Below, piece after piece: positions 39,501-54,500 of a stretch of 64,000 nucleotides of DNA (position 1 is the first letter of the stretch; each line of letters opens with the position of its first letter). A model generated the notes under the pieces. It worked only from the letters and a program-made list of their open reading frames with translations, was not told where the DNA came from and made no database searches. The position numbers were made by a program, and so were the translations under genes. Source of the DNA: Eledone cirrhosa (lineage: Eukaryota); assembly GCA_964016885.1 (NCBI GenBank), contig OZ024759.1, forward strand, positions 5,332,001 through 5,396,000, in the 5' to 3' direction.

Positions 39501-42500
39501 GTTCATGGTATTAGCTGTCAGAAGTATCTCCACTGTTGGTGAGAATTCATTTAAGTTCATGGTACTAGCTGTCAGAAGTAACTCCAATGTTGGTGAGAAT
39601 TCATTTAAGTTCATGGTATTAGCTGTCAGAAGGAACTCCACTGTTGGTGAGAATTCATTTAAGTTCATGGTATTAGCTGTCAGAAGTAACTCCACTGTTG
39701 GTGAGAATTCATTTAAGTTCGTGGTACTAGTTGTCAGAAGTAACTCCACTGTTGGTGAGAATTCATTTAAGTTCATGGTATTAGTTGTCAGAAGTAACTC
39801 CACTGTTGGTGAGAATTCATTTAAGTCATGGTATTAGTTGTCAGAAGTAACTCCAATGTTGGTGAGAATTCATTTAAGTTCATGGTACTAGCTGTCAGAA
39901 GTAACTCCACTGTTGGTGAGAATTCATTTAAGTTCATGGTATTAGCTGTCAGAAGTAACTCCAATGTTGGTGAGAATTCATTTAAGTCATGGTATTAGCT
40001 GTCAGAAGTAACTCCATTGTTGGTGAGAATTCATTTAAGTCTTGGTACTAGCTGTCAGAAGTAACTCCACTGTTGGTGAGAATTCATTTAAGTTCATGGT
40101 ATTAGCTGTCAGAAGGAACTCCACTGTTGGTGAGAATTCATTTAAGTTCATGGTACTAGCTGTCAGAAGTAACTCCACTGTTGGTGAGAATTCATTTAAG
40201 TTCATGGTATTAGTTTGACAGAAGTAACTCCACTGTTGGTGAGAATTCATTTAAGTCATGGTATTAGTTGTCAGAAGTAACTCCAATGTTGGTGAGAATT
40301 CATTTAAGTCATGGTACTAGCTGTCAGAAGTAACTCCAATGTTGGTGAGAATTCATTTAAGTTCATGGTATTAGCTGTCAGAAGTAACTCCACTGTTGGT
40401 GAGAATTCATTTAAGTTCATGGTATTAGCTGTCAGAAGTAACTCCACTGTTGGTGAGAATTCATTTAAGTTCATGGTATTAGCTATCAGAAGTAACTCCA
40501 CTGTTGGTGAGAATTCATTTAAGTCATGGTATTAGCTGTCAGAAGTAACTCCACTGTTGGTGAGAATTCATTTAAGTTCATGGTATTAGCTGTCAAAAGG
40601 AACGCCACTGTTGGTGAGAATTCATTTAAGTTCATGGTATTAGCTGTCAGAAGTATCTCCACTGTTGGTGAGAATTCATTTAAGTTCATGGTACTAGCTG
40701 TCAGAAGTAACTCCAATGTTGGTGAGAATTCATTTAAGTTCATGGTATTAGCTGTCAGAAGGAACTCCACTGTTGGTGAGAATTCATTTAAGTTCATGGT
40801 ATTAGCTGTCAGAAGTAACTCCACTGTTGGTGAGAATTCATTTAAGTTCGTGGTACTAGTTGTCAGAAGTAACTCCACTGTTGGTGAGAATTCATTTAAG
40901 TTCATGGTATTAGTTGTCAGAAGTAACTCCACTGTTGGTGAGAATTCATTTAAGTCATGGTATTAGTTGTCAGAAGTAACTCCAATGTTGGTGAGAATTC
41001 ATTTAAGTTCATGGTACTAGCTGTCAGAAGTAACTCCACTGTTGGTGAGAATTCATTTAAGTTCATGGTATTAGCTGTCAGAAGTAACTCCAATGTTGGT
41101 GAGAATTCATTTAAGTCATGGTATTAGCTGTCAGAAGTAACTCCATTGTTGGTGAGAATTCATTTAAGTCTTGGTACTAGCTGTCAGAAGTAACTCCACT
41201 GTTGGTGAGAATTCATTTAAGTTCATGGTATTAGCTGTCAGAAGGAACTCCACTGTTGGTGAGAATTCATTTAAGTTCATGGTACTAGCTGTCAGAAGTA
41301 ACTCCACTGTTGGTGAGAATTCATTTAAGTTCATGGTATTAGTTTGTCAGAAGTAACTCCACTGTTGGTGAGAATTCATTTAAGTCATGGTATTAGTTGT
41401 CAGAAGTAACTCCAATGTTGGTGAGAATTCATTTAAGTCATGGTACTAGCTGTCAGAAGTAACTCCAATGTTGGTGAGAATTCATTTAAGTTCATGGTAT
41501 TAGCTGTCAGAAGTAACTCCACTGTTGGTGAGAATTCATTTAAGTTCATGGTATTAGCTGTCAGAAGTAACTCCACTGTTGGTGAGAATTCATTTAAGTT
41601 CATGGTATTAGCTATCAGAAGTAACTCCACTGTTGGTGAGAATTCATTTAAGTCATGGTATTAGCTGTCAGAAGTAACTCCACTGTTGGTGAGAATTCAT
41701 TTAAGTTCATGGTATTAGCTGTCAGAAGTAACTCTACTGTTGGTGATAATTCATTTAAGTCATGGTATTAGCTGTCAGAAGTAACTCCATTGTTGGTGAG
41801 AATTCATTTAAGTCATGGTACTAGCTGTCAGAAGTAACTCCACTGTTGGTGAGAATTCATTTAAGTTCATGGTATTAGCTGTCAGAAGGAACTCCACTGT
41901 TGGTGAGAATTCATTTAAGTTCATGGTACTAGCTGTCAGAAGTAACTCCACTGTTGGTGAGAATTCATTTAAGTTTATGGTATTAGTTTGTCAGAAGTAA
42001 CTCCACTGTTGGTGAGAATTCATTTAAGTCATGGTATTAGTTGTCAGAAGTAACTCCAATGTTGGTGAGAATTCATTTAAGTTCATCGTATTAGCTGTCA
42101 GAAGTAACTCCACTGTTGGTGAGAATTCATTTAAGTTCATGGTACTAGCTGTCAGAAGTAACTCCATTGTTGGTGAGAATTCATTTAAGTTCATGGTATT
42201 AGCTGTCAGAAGTAACTCCACTGTTGGTGAGAATTCATTTAAGTTCATGGTACTAGCTGTCAGAAGTAACTCCATTGTTGGTGAGAATTCATTTAAGTTC
42301 ATGGTACTAGCTGTCAGAAGTAACTCCACTGTTGGTGAGAATTCATTTAAGTTCATGGTACTAGCTGTCAGAAGTAACTCCGATGTTGGTGAGAATTCAG
42401 TTAAGTTCATGGTACTAGCTGTCAGAAGTAACTCCACTGTTGGTGAGAATTCATTTAAGTTCATGGTATTAGCTGTCAGAAGTAACTCCACTGTTGGTGA

Positions 42501-45500
42501 GAATTCATTTAAGTTCATGGTACTAGCTGTCAGAAGTAACTCCACTGTTGGTGAGAATTCATTTAAGTTCATGGTACTAGTTGTCAGAAGTAACTCCACT
42601 GTTGGTGAGAATTCATTTAAGTTCATGGTACTAGCTGTCAGAAGTAACTCCAATGTTGGTGAGAATTCATTTAAGTTCGTGGTACTAGTTGTCAGAAGTA
42701 ACTCCACTGTTGGTGAGAATTCATTTAAGTTCATGGTATTAGTTGTCAGAAGTAACTCCACTGTTGGTGAGAATTCATTTAAGTTCATGGTACTAGCTGT
42801 CAGAAGTAACTCCACTGTTGGTGAGAATTCATTTAAGTTCATGGTACTAGCTGTCAGAAGTAACTCCAATGTTGGTGAGAATTCATTTAAGTTCATGGTA
42901 TTAGCTGTCAGAAGTAACTCCACTGTTGGTGAGAATTCATTTAAGTTCATGGTACTAGCTGTCAGAAATAACTCCACTGTTGGTGAGAATTCATTTAAGT
43001 TCATGGTACTAGCTGTCAGAAGTAACTCCAATGTTGGTGAGAATTCATTTAAGTTCATGGGATTAGCTGTCAGAAGTAACTCCACTGTTGGTGAGAATTC
43101 ATTTAAGTTCATGGTACTAGCTGTCAGAAGTAACTCCAATGTTGGTGAGAATTCATTTAAGTCATGGTACTAGCTGTAAGAAGTAACTCCAATGTTGGTG
43201 AGAATTCATTTAAGTTCATGGTATTAGCTGTCAGAAGTAACTCCACTGTTGGTGAGAATTCATTTAAGTTCATGGTATTAGCTGTCAGAAGTAACTCCAC
43301 TGTTGGTGAGAATTCATTTAAGTTCATGGTATTAGCTGTCAGAAGTAACTCCACTGTTGGTGAGAATTCATTTAAGTCATGGTATTAGCTGTCAGAAGTA
43401 ACTCCACTGTTGGTGAGAATTCATTTAAGTTCATGGTATTAGCTGTCAGAAGTAACTGCACTGTTGGTGAGAATTCATTTAAGTCATGTTATTAGCTGTC
43501 AGAAGTAACTCCATTGTTGGTGAGAATTCATTTAAGTCATGGTACTAGCTGTCAGAAGTAACTCCACTGTTGGTGAGAATTCATTTAAGTTCATGGTATT
43601 AGCTGTCAGAAGGAACTCCACTGTTGGTGAGAATTCATTTAAGTTCATGGTACTAGCTGTCAGAAGTAACTCCACTGTTGGTGAGAATTCATTTAAGTTC
43701 CTGGTATTAGTTTGTCAGAAGTAACTCCACTGTTGGTGAGAATTCATTTAAGTCATGGTATTAGTTGTCAGAAGTAACTCCAATGTTGGTGAGAATTCAT
43801 TTAAGTCATGGTACTAGCTGTCAGAAGTAACTCCAATGTTGGTGAGAATTCATTTAAGTTCATGGTATTAGCTGTCAGAAGTAACTCCACTGTTGGTGAG
43901 AATTCATTTAAGTTCATGGTACTAGCTGTCAGAAGTAACTCCACTGTTGGTGAGAATTCATTTAAGTTCATGGTACTAGCTGTCAGAAGTAACTCCGATG
44001 TTGGTGAGAATTCATTTAAGTTCATGGTACTAGCTGTCAGAAGTAACTCCACTGTTGGTGAGAATTCGTTTAAGTTCATGGTATTAGCTGTCAGAAGTAA
44101 CTCCACTGTTGGTGAGAATTCATTTAAGTTCATGGTACTAGCTGTCAGAAGTAACTCCACTGTTGGTGAGAATTCATTTAAGTTCATGGTACTAGTTGTC
44201 AGAAGTAACTCCACTGTTGGTGAGAATTCATTTAAGTTCATGGTACTAGCTGTCAGAAGTAACTCCAATGTTGGTGAGAATTCATTTAAGTTCATGGTAT
44301 TAGCTGTCAGAAGTAACTCCACTGTTCGTGAGAATTCATTTAAGTTCATGGTACTAGCTGTCAGAAGTAACTCCAATGTTGGTGAGAATTCATTTAAGTT
44401 CATGGTATTAGCTGTCAGAAGTAACTTCACTGTTGGTGAGAATTCATTTAAGTTCATGGTACTAGCTGTCAGAAGTAACTCCACTGTTGGTGAGAATTCA
44501 TTTAAGTTCATGGTACTAGCTGTCAGAAGTAACTCCACTGTTGGTGAGAATTCATTTAAGTTCATGGTACTAGCTGTCAGAAGTAACTCCAATGTTGGTG
44601 AGAATTCATTTAAGTTCATGGTATTAGCTGTCAGAAGTAACTCCACTGTTGGTGAGAATTCATTTAAGTTCATGGTACTAGCTGTCAGAAATAACTCCAC
44701 TGTTGGTGAGAATTCATTTAAGTTCATGGTACTAGCTGTCAGAAGTAACTCCAATGTTGGTGAGAATTCATTTAAGTTCATGGTACTAGCTGTCAGAAGT
44801 AACCCCAATGTTGGTGAGAATTCATTTAAGTTCATGGTATTAGCTGTCAGAAGTCACTCCAATGTTTGTGAGAATTCATTTAAGTTCATGGTATTAGCTA
44901 TCAGAAGTAACTCCACTGTTGGTGAGAATTCATTTAAGTTCATGGTACTAGTTGTCAGAAGTAACTCCACTGTTGGTGAGAATTCATTTAAGTTCATGGT
45001 ATTAGTTGTCAGAAGTAACTCCGCTGTTGGTGAGAATTCATTTAAGTTCATGGTATTAGCTGTCAGAAGGAACGCCACTGTTGGTGAGAATTCATTTAAG
45101 TTCATGGTACTAGCTGTCAGAAGTAACTCCACTGTTGGTGAGAATTCATTTAAGTTCATGGTATTAGTTGTCAGAAGTAAATCCACTGTTGGTGAGAATT
45201 CATTTAAGTCATGGTATTAGTTGTCAGAAGTAACTCCAATGTTGGTGAGAATTCATTTAAGTTCATGGTACTAGCTGTCAGAAGTAACTCCACTGTTGGT
45301 GAGAATTCATTTAAGTTCATGGTACTAGCTGTCAGAAGGAACGCCACTGTTGGTGAGAATTCATTTAAGTTCATGGTATTAGCTGTCAGAAGTAACTCCA
45401 CTGTTGGTGAGATTTCATTTAAGTTCATGGTACTAGCTGTCAGAAGTAACTCCAATGTTGGTGAGAATTCATTTAAGTTCATGGTATTAGCTGTCAGAAG

Positions 45501-48500
45501 GAACTCCACTGTTGGTGAGAATTCATTTAAGTTCATGGTATTAGCTGTCAGAAGGAACTCCACTGTTGGTGAGAATTCATTTAAGTTCATGGAATTAGCT
45601 GTCAGAAGTAACTCCACTGTTGGTGAGAATTCATTTAAGTTCATGGTACTAGTTGTCAGAAGTAACTCCACTGTTGGTGAGAATTCATTTAAGTTCATGG
45701 TATTAGTTGTCAGAAGTAACTCCGCTGTTGGTGAGATTTCATTTAAGTCATGGTATTAGCTGTCAGAAGTAACTCCATTGTTGGTGAGAATTCATTTAAG
45801 TCATGGTACTAGCTGTCAGAAGTAACTCCACTGTTGGTGAGAATTCATTTAATTTCATGGTACTAGCTGTCAGAAGTAACTCCACTGTTGGTGAGAATTC
45901 ATTTAAGTTCATGGTATTAGTTTGTCAGAAGTAACTCCACTGTTGGTGAGAATTCATTTAAGTCATGGTATTAGTTGTCAGAAGTAACTCCAATGTTGGT
46001 GAGAATTCATTTAAGTTCATGGTACTAGCTGTCAGAAGTAACTCCACTGTTGGTGAGAATTCATTTAAGTTCATGGTATTAGCTGTCAGAAGTAACTCCA
46101 CTGTTGGTGAGAATTCATTTAAGTTCATGGTATTAGCTGTCAAAAGTAACTCCACTGTTGGTGAGAATTCATTTAAGTCATGGTACTAGCTGTCAGAAGT
46201 AACTCCACTGTTGGTGAGAATTCATTTAAGTTCATGGTATTAGCTGTCAGAAGTAACTCCACTGTTGGTGAGAATTCATTTAAGTTCATGGTACTAGCTG
46301 TCAGAAGTAACTCCACTGTTGGTGAGAATTCATTTAAGTTCATGGTACTAGCTGTCAGAAGTAACTCCAATGTTGGTGAGAATTCATTTAAGTTCATGGT
46401 ATTAGCTGTCAGAAGTAACTCCACTGTTGGTGAGAATTCATTTAAGTTCATGGTATTAGCTGTCAGAAGTAACTCCACTGTTGGTGAGAGTTCATTTAAG
46501 TTCATGGTATTAGCTGTCAGAAGTAACTCCACTGTTGGTGAGAATTCATTTAAGTTCATGGTACTAGCTGTCAGAAGTAACTCCACTGTTGGTGAGAATT
46601 CATTTAAGTCATGGTATTAGCTGTCAGAAGTAACTCCAATGTTGGTGAGAATTCATTTAAATCATGGTACTAGCTGTCAGAAGTAACTCCACTGTTGGTG
46701 AGAATTCATTTAAGTTCATGGTACTAGTTGTCAGAAGTAACTCCACTGTTGGTGAGAATTCATTTAAGTTCATGGTATTAGTTGTCAGAAGTAACTCCGC
46801 TGTTGGTGAGAATTCATTTAAGTTCATGGTATTAGCTGTCAGAAGTAACTCCACTGTTGGTGAGAATTCATTTAAGTTTATGGTATTAGCTGTCAGAAGG
46901 AACGCCACTGTTGGTGAGAATTCATTTAAGTTCATGGTACTAGCTGTCAGAAGTAACTCCACTGTTGGTGAGAATTCATTTAAGTTCATGGTATTAGTTG
47001 TCAGAAGTAACTCCACTGTTGGTGAGAATTCATTTAAGTCATGGTATTAGTTGTCAGAAGTAACTCCAATGTTGGTGAGAATTCATTTAAGTTCATGGTA
47101 CTAGCTGTCAGAAGTAACTCCACTGTTGGTGAGAATTCATTTAAGTTCATGGTACTAGCTGTCAGAAGGAACGCCACTGTTGGTGAGAATTCATTTAAGT
47201 TCATGGTATTAGCTGTCAGAAGTAACTCCACTGTTGGTGAGATTTCATTTAAGTTCATGGTACTAGCTGTCAGAAGTAACTCCAATGTTGGTGAGAATTC
47301 ATTTAAGTTCATGGTATTAGCTGTCAGAAGGAACTCCACTGTTGGTGAGAATTCATTTAAGTTCATGGTATTAGCTGTCAGAAGGAACTCCACTGTTGGT
47401 GAGAATTCATTTAAGTTCATGGTATTAGCTGTCAGAAGGAACTCCACTGTTGGTGAGAATTCATTTAAGTTCATGGTATTAGCTGTCAGAAGTAACTCCA
47501 CTGTTGGTGAGAATTCATTTAAGTTCATGGTACTAGTTGTCAGAAGTAACTCCACTGTTGGTGAGAATTCATTTAAGTTCATGGTATTAGTTGTCAGAAG
47601 TAACTCCGCTGTTGGTGAGATTTCATTTAAGTCATGGTATTAGCTGTCAGAAGTAACTCCATTGTTGGTGAGAATTCATTTAAGTCATGGTACTAGCTGT
47701 CAGAAGTAACTCCACTGTTGGTGAGAATTCATTTAAGTTCATGGTATTAGTTTGTCAGAAGTAACTCCACTGTTGGTGAGAATTCATTTAAGTCATGGTA
47801 TTAGTTGTCAGAAGTAACTCCAATGTTGGTGAGAATTCATTTAAGTTCATGGTACTAGCTGTCAGAAGTAACTCCACTGTTGGTGAGAATTCATTTAAGT
47901 TCATGGTATTAGCTGTCAGAAGTAACTCCACTGTTGGTGAGAATTCATTTAAGTTCATGGTATTAGCTGTCAAAAGTAACTCCACTGTTGGTGAGAATTC
48001 ATTTAAGTCATGGTACTAGCTGTCAGAAGTAACTCCACTGTTGGTGAGAATTCATTTAAGTTCATGGTATTAGCTGTCAGAAGTAACTCCACTGTTGGTG
48101 AGAATTCATTTAAGTTCATGGTATTAGCTGTCAGAAGGAACTCCACTGTTGGTGAGAATTCATTTAAGTTCATGGTACTAGCTGTCAGAAGTAACTCCAC
48201 TGTTGGTGAGAATTCATTTAAGTTCATGGTACTAGCTGTCAGAAGTAACTCCAATGTTGGTGAGAATTCATTTAAGTTCATGGTATTAGCTGTCAGAAGT
48301 AACTCCACTGTTGGTGAGAATTCATTTAAGTTCATGGTATTAGCTGTCAGAAGTAACTCCACTGTTGGTGAGAATTCATTTAAGTTCATGGTATTAGCTG
48401 TCAGAAGTAACTCCACTGTTGGTGAGAATTCATTTAAGTTCATGGTACTAGCTGTCAGAAGTAACTCCACTGTTGGTGAGAATTCATTTAAGTCATGGTA

Positions 48501-51500
48501 TTAGCTGTCAGAAGTAACTCCAATGTTGGTGAGAATTCATTTAAATCATGGTACTAGCTGTCAGAAGTAACTCCACTGTTGGTGAGAATTCATTTAAGTT
48601 CATGGTACTAGTTGTCAGAAGTAACTCCACTGTTGGTGAGAATTCATTTAAGTTCATGGTATTAGTTGTCAGAAGTAACTCCGCTGTTGGTGAGAATTCA
48701 TTTAAGTTCATGGTATTAGCTGTCAGAAGTAACTCCACTGTTGGTGAGAATTCATTTAAGTTTATGGTATTAGCTGTCAGAAGGAACGCCACTGTTGGTG
48801 AGAATTCATTTAAGTTCATGGTACTAGCTGTCAGAAGTAACTCCACTGTTGGTGAGAATTCATTTTAGTTCATGGTATTAGTTGTCAGAAGTAACTCCAC
48901 TGTTGGTGAGAATTCATTTAAGTCATGGTATTAGTTGTCAGAAGTAACTCCAATGTTGGTGAGAATTCATTTAAGTTCATGGTACTAGCTGTCAGAAGTA
49001 ACTCCACTGTTGGTGAGAATTCATTTAAGTTCATGGTACTAGCTGTCAGAAGGAACGCCACTGTTGGTGAGAATTCATTTAAGTTCATGGTATTAGCTGT
49101 CAGAAGTAACTCCACTGTTGGTGAGATTTCATTTAAGTTCATGGTACTAGCTGTCAGAAGTAACTCCAATGTTGGTGAGAATTCATTTAAGTTCATGGTA
49201 TTAGCTGTCAGAAGGAACTCCACTGTTGGTGAGAATTCATTTAAGTTCATGGTATTAGCTGTCAGAAGGAACTCCACTGTTGGTGAGAATTCATTTAAGT
49301 TCATGGTATTAGCTGTCAGAAGTAACTCCACTGTTGGTGAGAATTCATTTAAGTTCATGGTACTAGTTGTCAGAAGTAACTCCACTGTTGGTGAGAATTC
49401 ATTTAAGTTCATGGTATTAGTTGTCAGAAGTAACTCCGCTGTTGGTGAGATTTCATTTAAGTCATGGTATTAGCTGTCAGAAGTAACTCCATTGTTGGTG
49501 AGAATTCATTTAAGTCATGGTACTAGCTGTCAGAAGTAACTCCACTGTTGGTGAGAATTCATTTAATTTCATGGTACTAGCTGTCAGAAGTAACTCCACT
49601 GTTGGTGAGAATTCATTTAAGTTCATGGTATTAGTTTGTCAGAAGTAACTCCACTGTTGGTGAGAATTCATTTAAGTCATGGTATTAGTTGTCAGAAGTA
49701 ACTCCAATGTTGGTGAGAATTCATTTAAGTTCATGGTACTAGCTGTCAGAAGTAACTCCACTGTTGGTGAGAATTCATTTAAGTTCATGGTATTAGCTGT
49801 CAGAAGTAACTCCACTGTTGGTGAGAATTCATTTAAGTTCATGGTATTAGCTGTCAAAAGTAACTCCACTGTTGGTGAGAATTCATTTAAGTCATGGTAC
49901 TAGCTGTCAGAAGTAACTCCACTGTTGGTGAGAATTCATTTAAGTTCATGGTATTAGCTGTCAGAAGTAACTCCACTGTTGGTGAGAATTCATTTAAGTT
50001 CATGGTATTAGCTGTCAGAAGGAACTCCACTGTTGGTGAGAATTCATTTAAGTTCATGGTACTAGCTGTCAGAAGTAACTCCACTGTTGGTGAGAATTCA
50101 TTTAAGTTCATGGTACTAGCTGTCAGAAGTAACTCCAATGTTGGTGAGAATTCATTTAAGTTCATGGTATTAGCTGTCAGAAGTAACTCCACTGTTGGTG
50201 AGAATTCATTTAAGTTCATGGTATTAGCTGTCAGAAGTAACTCCACTGTTGGTGAGAATTCATTTAAGTTCATGGTATTAGCTGTCAGAAGTAACTCCAC
50301 TGTTGGTGAGAATTCATTTAAGTTCATGGTACTAGCTGTCAGAAGTAACTCCACTGTTGGTGAGAATTCATTTAAGTCATGGTATTAGCTGTCAGAAGTA
50401 ACTCCAATGTTGGTGAGAATTCATTTAAATCATGGTACTAGCTGTCAGAAGTAACTCCAATGTTGGTGAGAATTCATTTAAGTTCATGGTATTAGCTGTC
50501 AGAAGGAACTCCACTGTTGGTGAGAATTCATTTAAGTTCATGGTACTAGCTGTCAGAAGTAACTCCACTGTTGGTGAGAATTCAGTTAAGTTCATGGTAC
50601 TAGCTGTCAGAAGTAACTCCTCTGTTGGTGAGAATTCAGTTAAGTTCATGGTATTAGCTGTCAGAAGGAACTCCACTGTTGGTGAGAATTCATTTAAGTT
50701 CATGGTATTAGCTGTCAGAAGTAACTCCACTGTTGGTGAGAATTCATTTAAGTTCATGGTTCTAGCTGTCAGAAGTAACTCCACTGTTGGTGAGAATTCA
50801 TTTAAGTTCATGGTACTAGCTGTCAGAAGTAACTCCACTGTTGGTGAGAATTCAGTTAAGTTCATGGTATTAGTTGTCAGAAGTAACTCCACTGTTGGTG
50901 AGAATTAATTTAAATCATGGTATTAGTTGTCAGAAGTAACTCCAATGTTGGTGAGAATTCATTTAAGTTCATGGTACTAGCTGTCAGAAGTAACTCCACT
51001 GTTGGTGAGAATTCATTTAAGTTCATGGTATTAGCTGTCAGAAGTAACTCCACTGTTGGTGAGAATTCATTTAAGTCATGGTATTAGCTGTCAGAAGTAA
51101 CTCCATTGTTGGTGAGAATTCATTTAAGTCATGGTACTAGCTGTCAGAAGTAACTCCACTGTTGGTGAGAATTCATTTAAGTTCATGGTACTAGCTGTCA
51201 GAAGTAACTCCACTGTTGGTGAGAATTCATTTAAGTTCATGGTACTAGCTGTCAGAAGTAACTCCACTGTTGGTGAGAATTCATTTAAGTTCATAGTACT
51301 AGCTGTCAGAAGTAACTCCACTGTTGGTGAGAATTCATTTAAGTTCATGGTACTAGCTGTCAGAAGTAACTCCAATGTTGGTGAGAATTCATTTAAGTTC
51401 ATGGTATTAGCTGTCAGAAGGAACTCCACTGTTGGTGAGAATTCATTTAAGTTCATGGTATTAGCTGTCAGAAGGAACTCCACTGTTGGTGAGAATTCAT

Positions 51501-54500
51501 TTAAGTTCATGGTATTAGCTGTCAGAAGTAACTCCACTGTTGGTGAGAATTCATTTAAGTTCATGGTACTAGTTGTCAGAAGTAACTCCACTGTTGGTGA
51601 GAATTCATTTAAGTTCATGGTATTAGTTGTCAGAAGTAACTCCGCTGTTGGTGAGATTTCATTTAAGTCATGGTATTAGCTGTCAGAAGTAACTCCATTG
51701 TTGGTGAGAATTCATTTAAGTCATGGTACTAGCTGTCAGAAGTAACTCCACTGTTGGTGAGAATTCATTTAATTTCATGGTACTAGCTGACAGAAGTAAC
51801 TCCACTGTTGGTGAGAATTCATTTAAGTTCATGGTATTAGTTTGTCAGAAGTAACTCCACTGTTGGTGAGAATTCATTTAAGTCATGGTATTAGTTGTCA
51901 GAAGTAACTCCAATGTTGCTGAAAATTCATTTAAGTTCATGGTACTAGCTGTCAGAAGTAACTCCACTGTTGGTGAGAATTCATTTAAGTTCATGGTATT
52001 AGCTGTCAGAAGTAACTCCACTGTTGGTGAGAATTCATTTAAGTTCATGGTATTAGCTGTCAAAAGTAACTCCACTGTTGGTGAGAATTCATTTAAGTCA
52101 TGGTACTAGCTGTCAGAAGTAACTCCACTGTTGGTGAGAATTCATTTAAGTTCATGGTATTAGCTGTCAGAAGTAACTCCACTGTTGGTGAGAATACATT
52201 TAAGTTCATGGTATTAGCTGTCAGAAGGAACTCCACTGTTGGTGAGAATTCATTTAAGTTCATGGTACTAGCTGTCAGAAGTAACTCCACTGTTGGTGAG
52301 AATTCATTTAAGTTCATGGTACTAGCTGTCAGAAGTAACTCCATTGTTGGTGAGAATTCATTTAAGTCATGGTACTAGCTGTCAGAAGTAACTCCACTGT
52401 TGGTGAGAATTCATTTAATTTCATGGTACTAGCTGTCAGAAGTAACTCCACTGTTGGTGAGAATTCATTTAAGTTCATGGTATTAGTTTGTCAGAAGTAA
52501 CTCCACTGTTGGTGAGAATTCATTTAAGTCATGGTATTAGTTGTCAGAAGTAACTCCAATGTTGGTGAGAATTCATTTAAGTTCATGGTACTAGCTGTCA
52601 GAAGTAACTCCACTGTTGGTGAGAATTCATTTAAGTTCATGGTATTAGCTGTCAGAAGTAACTCCACTGTTGGTGAGAATTCATTTAAGTTCATGGTATT
52701 AGCTGTCAAAAGTAACTCCACTGTTGGTGAGAATTCATTTAAGTCATGGTACTAGCTGTCAGAAGTAACTCCACTGTTGGTGAGAATTCATTTAAGTTCA
52801 TGGTATTAGCTGTCAGAAGTAACTCCACTGTTGGTGAGAATTCATTTAAGTTCATGGTATTAGCTGTCAGAAGGAACTCCACTGTTGGTGAGAATTCATT
52901 TAAGTTCATGGTACTAGCTGTCAGAAGTAACTCCACTGTTGGTGAGAATTCATTTAAGTTCATGGTACTAGCTGTCAGAAGTAACTCCAATGTTGGTGAG
53001 AATTCATTTAAGTTCATGGTATTAGCTGTCAGAAGTAACTCCACTGTTGGTGAGAATTCATTTAAGTTCATGGTATTAGCTGTCAGAAGTAACTCCACTG
53101 TTGGTGAGAATTCATTTAAGTTCATGGTATTAGCTGTCAGAAGTAACTCCACTGTTGGTGAGAATTCATTTAAGTTCATGGTACTAGCTGTCAGAAGTAA
53201 CTCCACTGTTGGTGAGAATTCATTTAAGTCATGGTATTAGCTGTCAGAAGTAACTCCAATGTTGGTGAGAATTCATTTAAATCATGGTACTAGCTGTCAG
53301 AAGTAACTCCAATGTTGGTGAGAATTCATTTAAGTTCATGGTATTAGCTGTCAGAAGGAACTCCACTGTTGGTGAGAATTCATTTAAGTTCATGGTACTA
53401 GCTGTCAGAAGTAACTCCACTGTTGGTGAGAATTCAGTTAAGTTCATGGTACTAGCTGTCAGAAGTAACTCCTCTGTTGGTGAGAATTCAGTTAAGTTCA
53501 TGGTATTAGCTGTCAGAAGGAACTCCACTGTTGGTGAGAATTCATTTAAGTTCATGGTATTAGCTGTCAGAAGTAACTCCACTGTTGGTGAGAATTCATT
53601 TAAGTTCATGGTTCTAGCTGTCAGAAGTAACTCCACTGTTGGTGAGAATTCATTTAAGTTCATGGTACTAGCTGTCAGAAGTAACTCCACTGTTGGTGAG
53701 AATTCAGTTAAGTTCATGGTATTAGTTGTCAGAAGTAACTCCACTGTTGGTGAGAATTAATTTAAATCATGGTATTAGTTGTCAGAAGTAACTCCAATGT
53801 TGGTGAGAATTCATTTAAGTTCATGGTACTAGCTGTCAGAAGTAACTCCACTGTTGGTGAGAATTCATTTAAGTTCATGGTATTAGCTGTCAGAAGTAAC
53901 TCCACTGTTGGTGAGAATTCATTTAAGTCATGGTATTAGCTGTCAGAAGTAACTCCATTGTTGGTGAGAATTCATTTAAGTCATGGTACTAGCTGTCAGA
54001 AGTAACTCCACTGTTGGTGAGAATTCATTTAAGTTCATGGTACTAGCTGTCAGAAGTAACTCCACTGTTGGTGAGAATTCATTTAAGTTCATGGTACTAG
54101 CTGTCAGAAGTAACTCCACTGTTGGTGAGAATTCATTTAAGTTCATAGTACTAGCTGTCAGAAGTAACTCCACTGTTGGTGAGAATTCATTTAAGTTCAT
54201 GGTACTAGCTGTCAGAAGTAACTCCAATGTTGGTGAGAATTCATTTAAGTTCATGGTATTAGCTGTCAGAAGGAACTCCACTGTTGGTGAGAATTCATTT
54301 AAGTTCATGGTATTAGCTGTCAGAAGTAACTCCACTGTTGGTGAGAATTCATTTAAGTTCATGGTACTAGTTGTCAGAAGTAACTCCACTGTTGGTGAGA
54401 ATTCATTTAAGTTCATGGTATTAGTTGTCAGAAGTAACTCCACTGTTGGTGAGAATTCATTTAAGTCATGGTATTAGTTGTCAGAAGTAACTCCAATGTT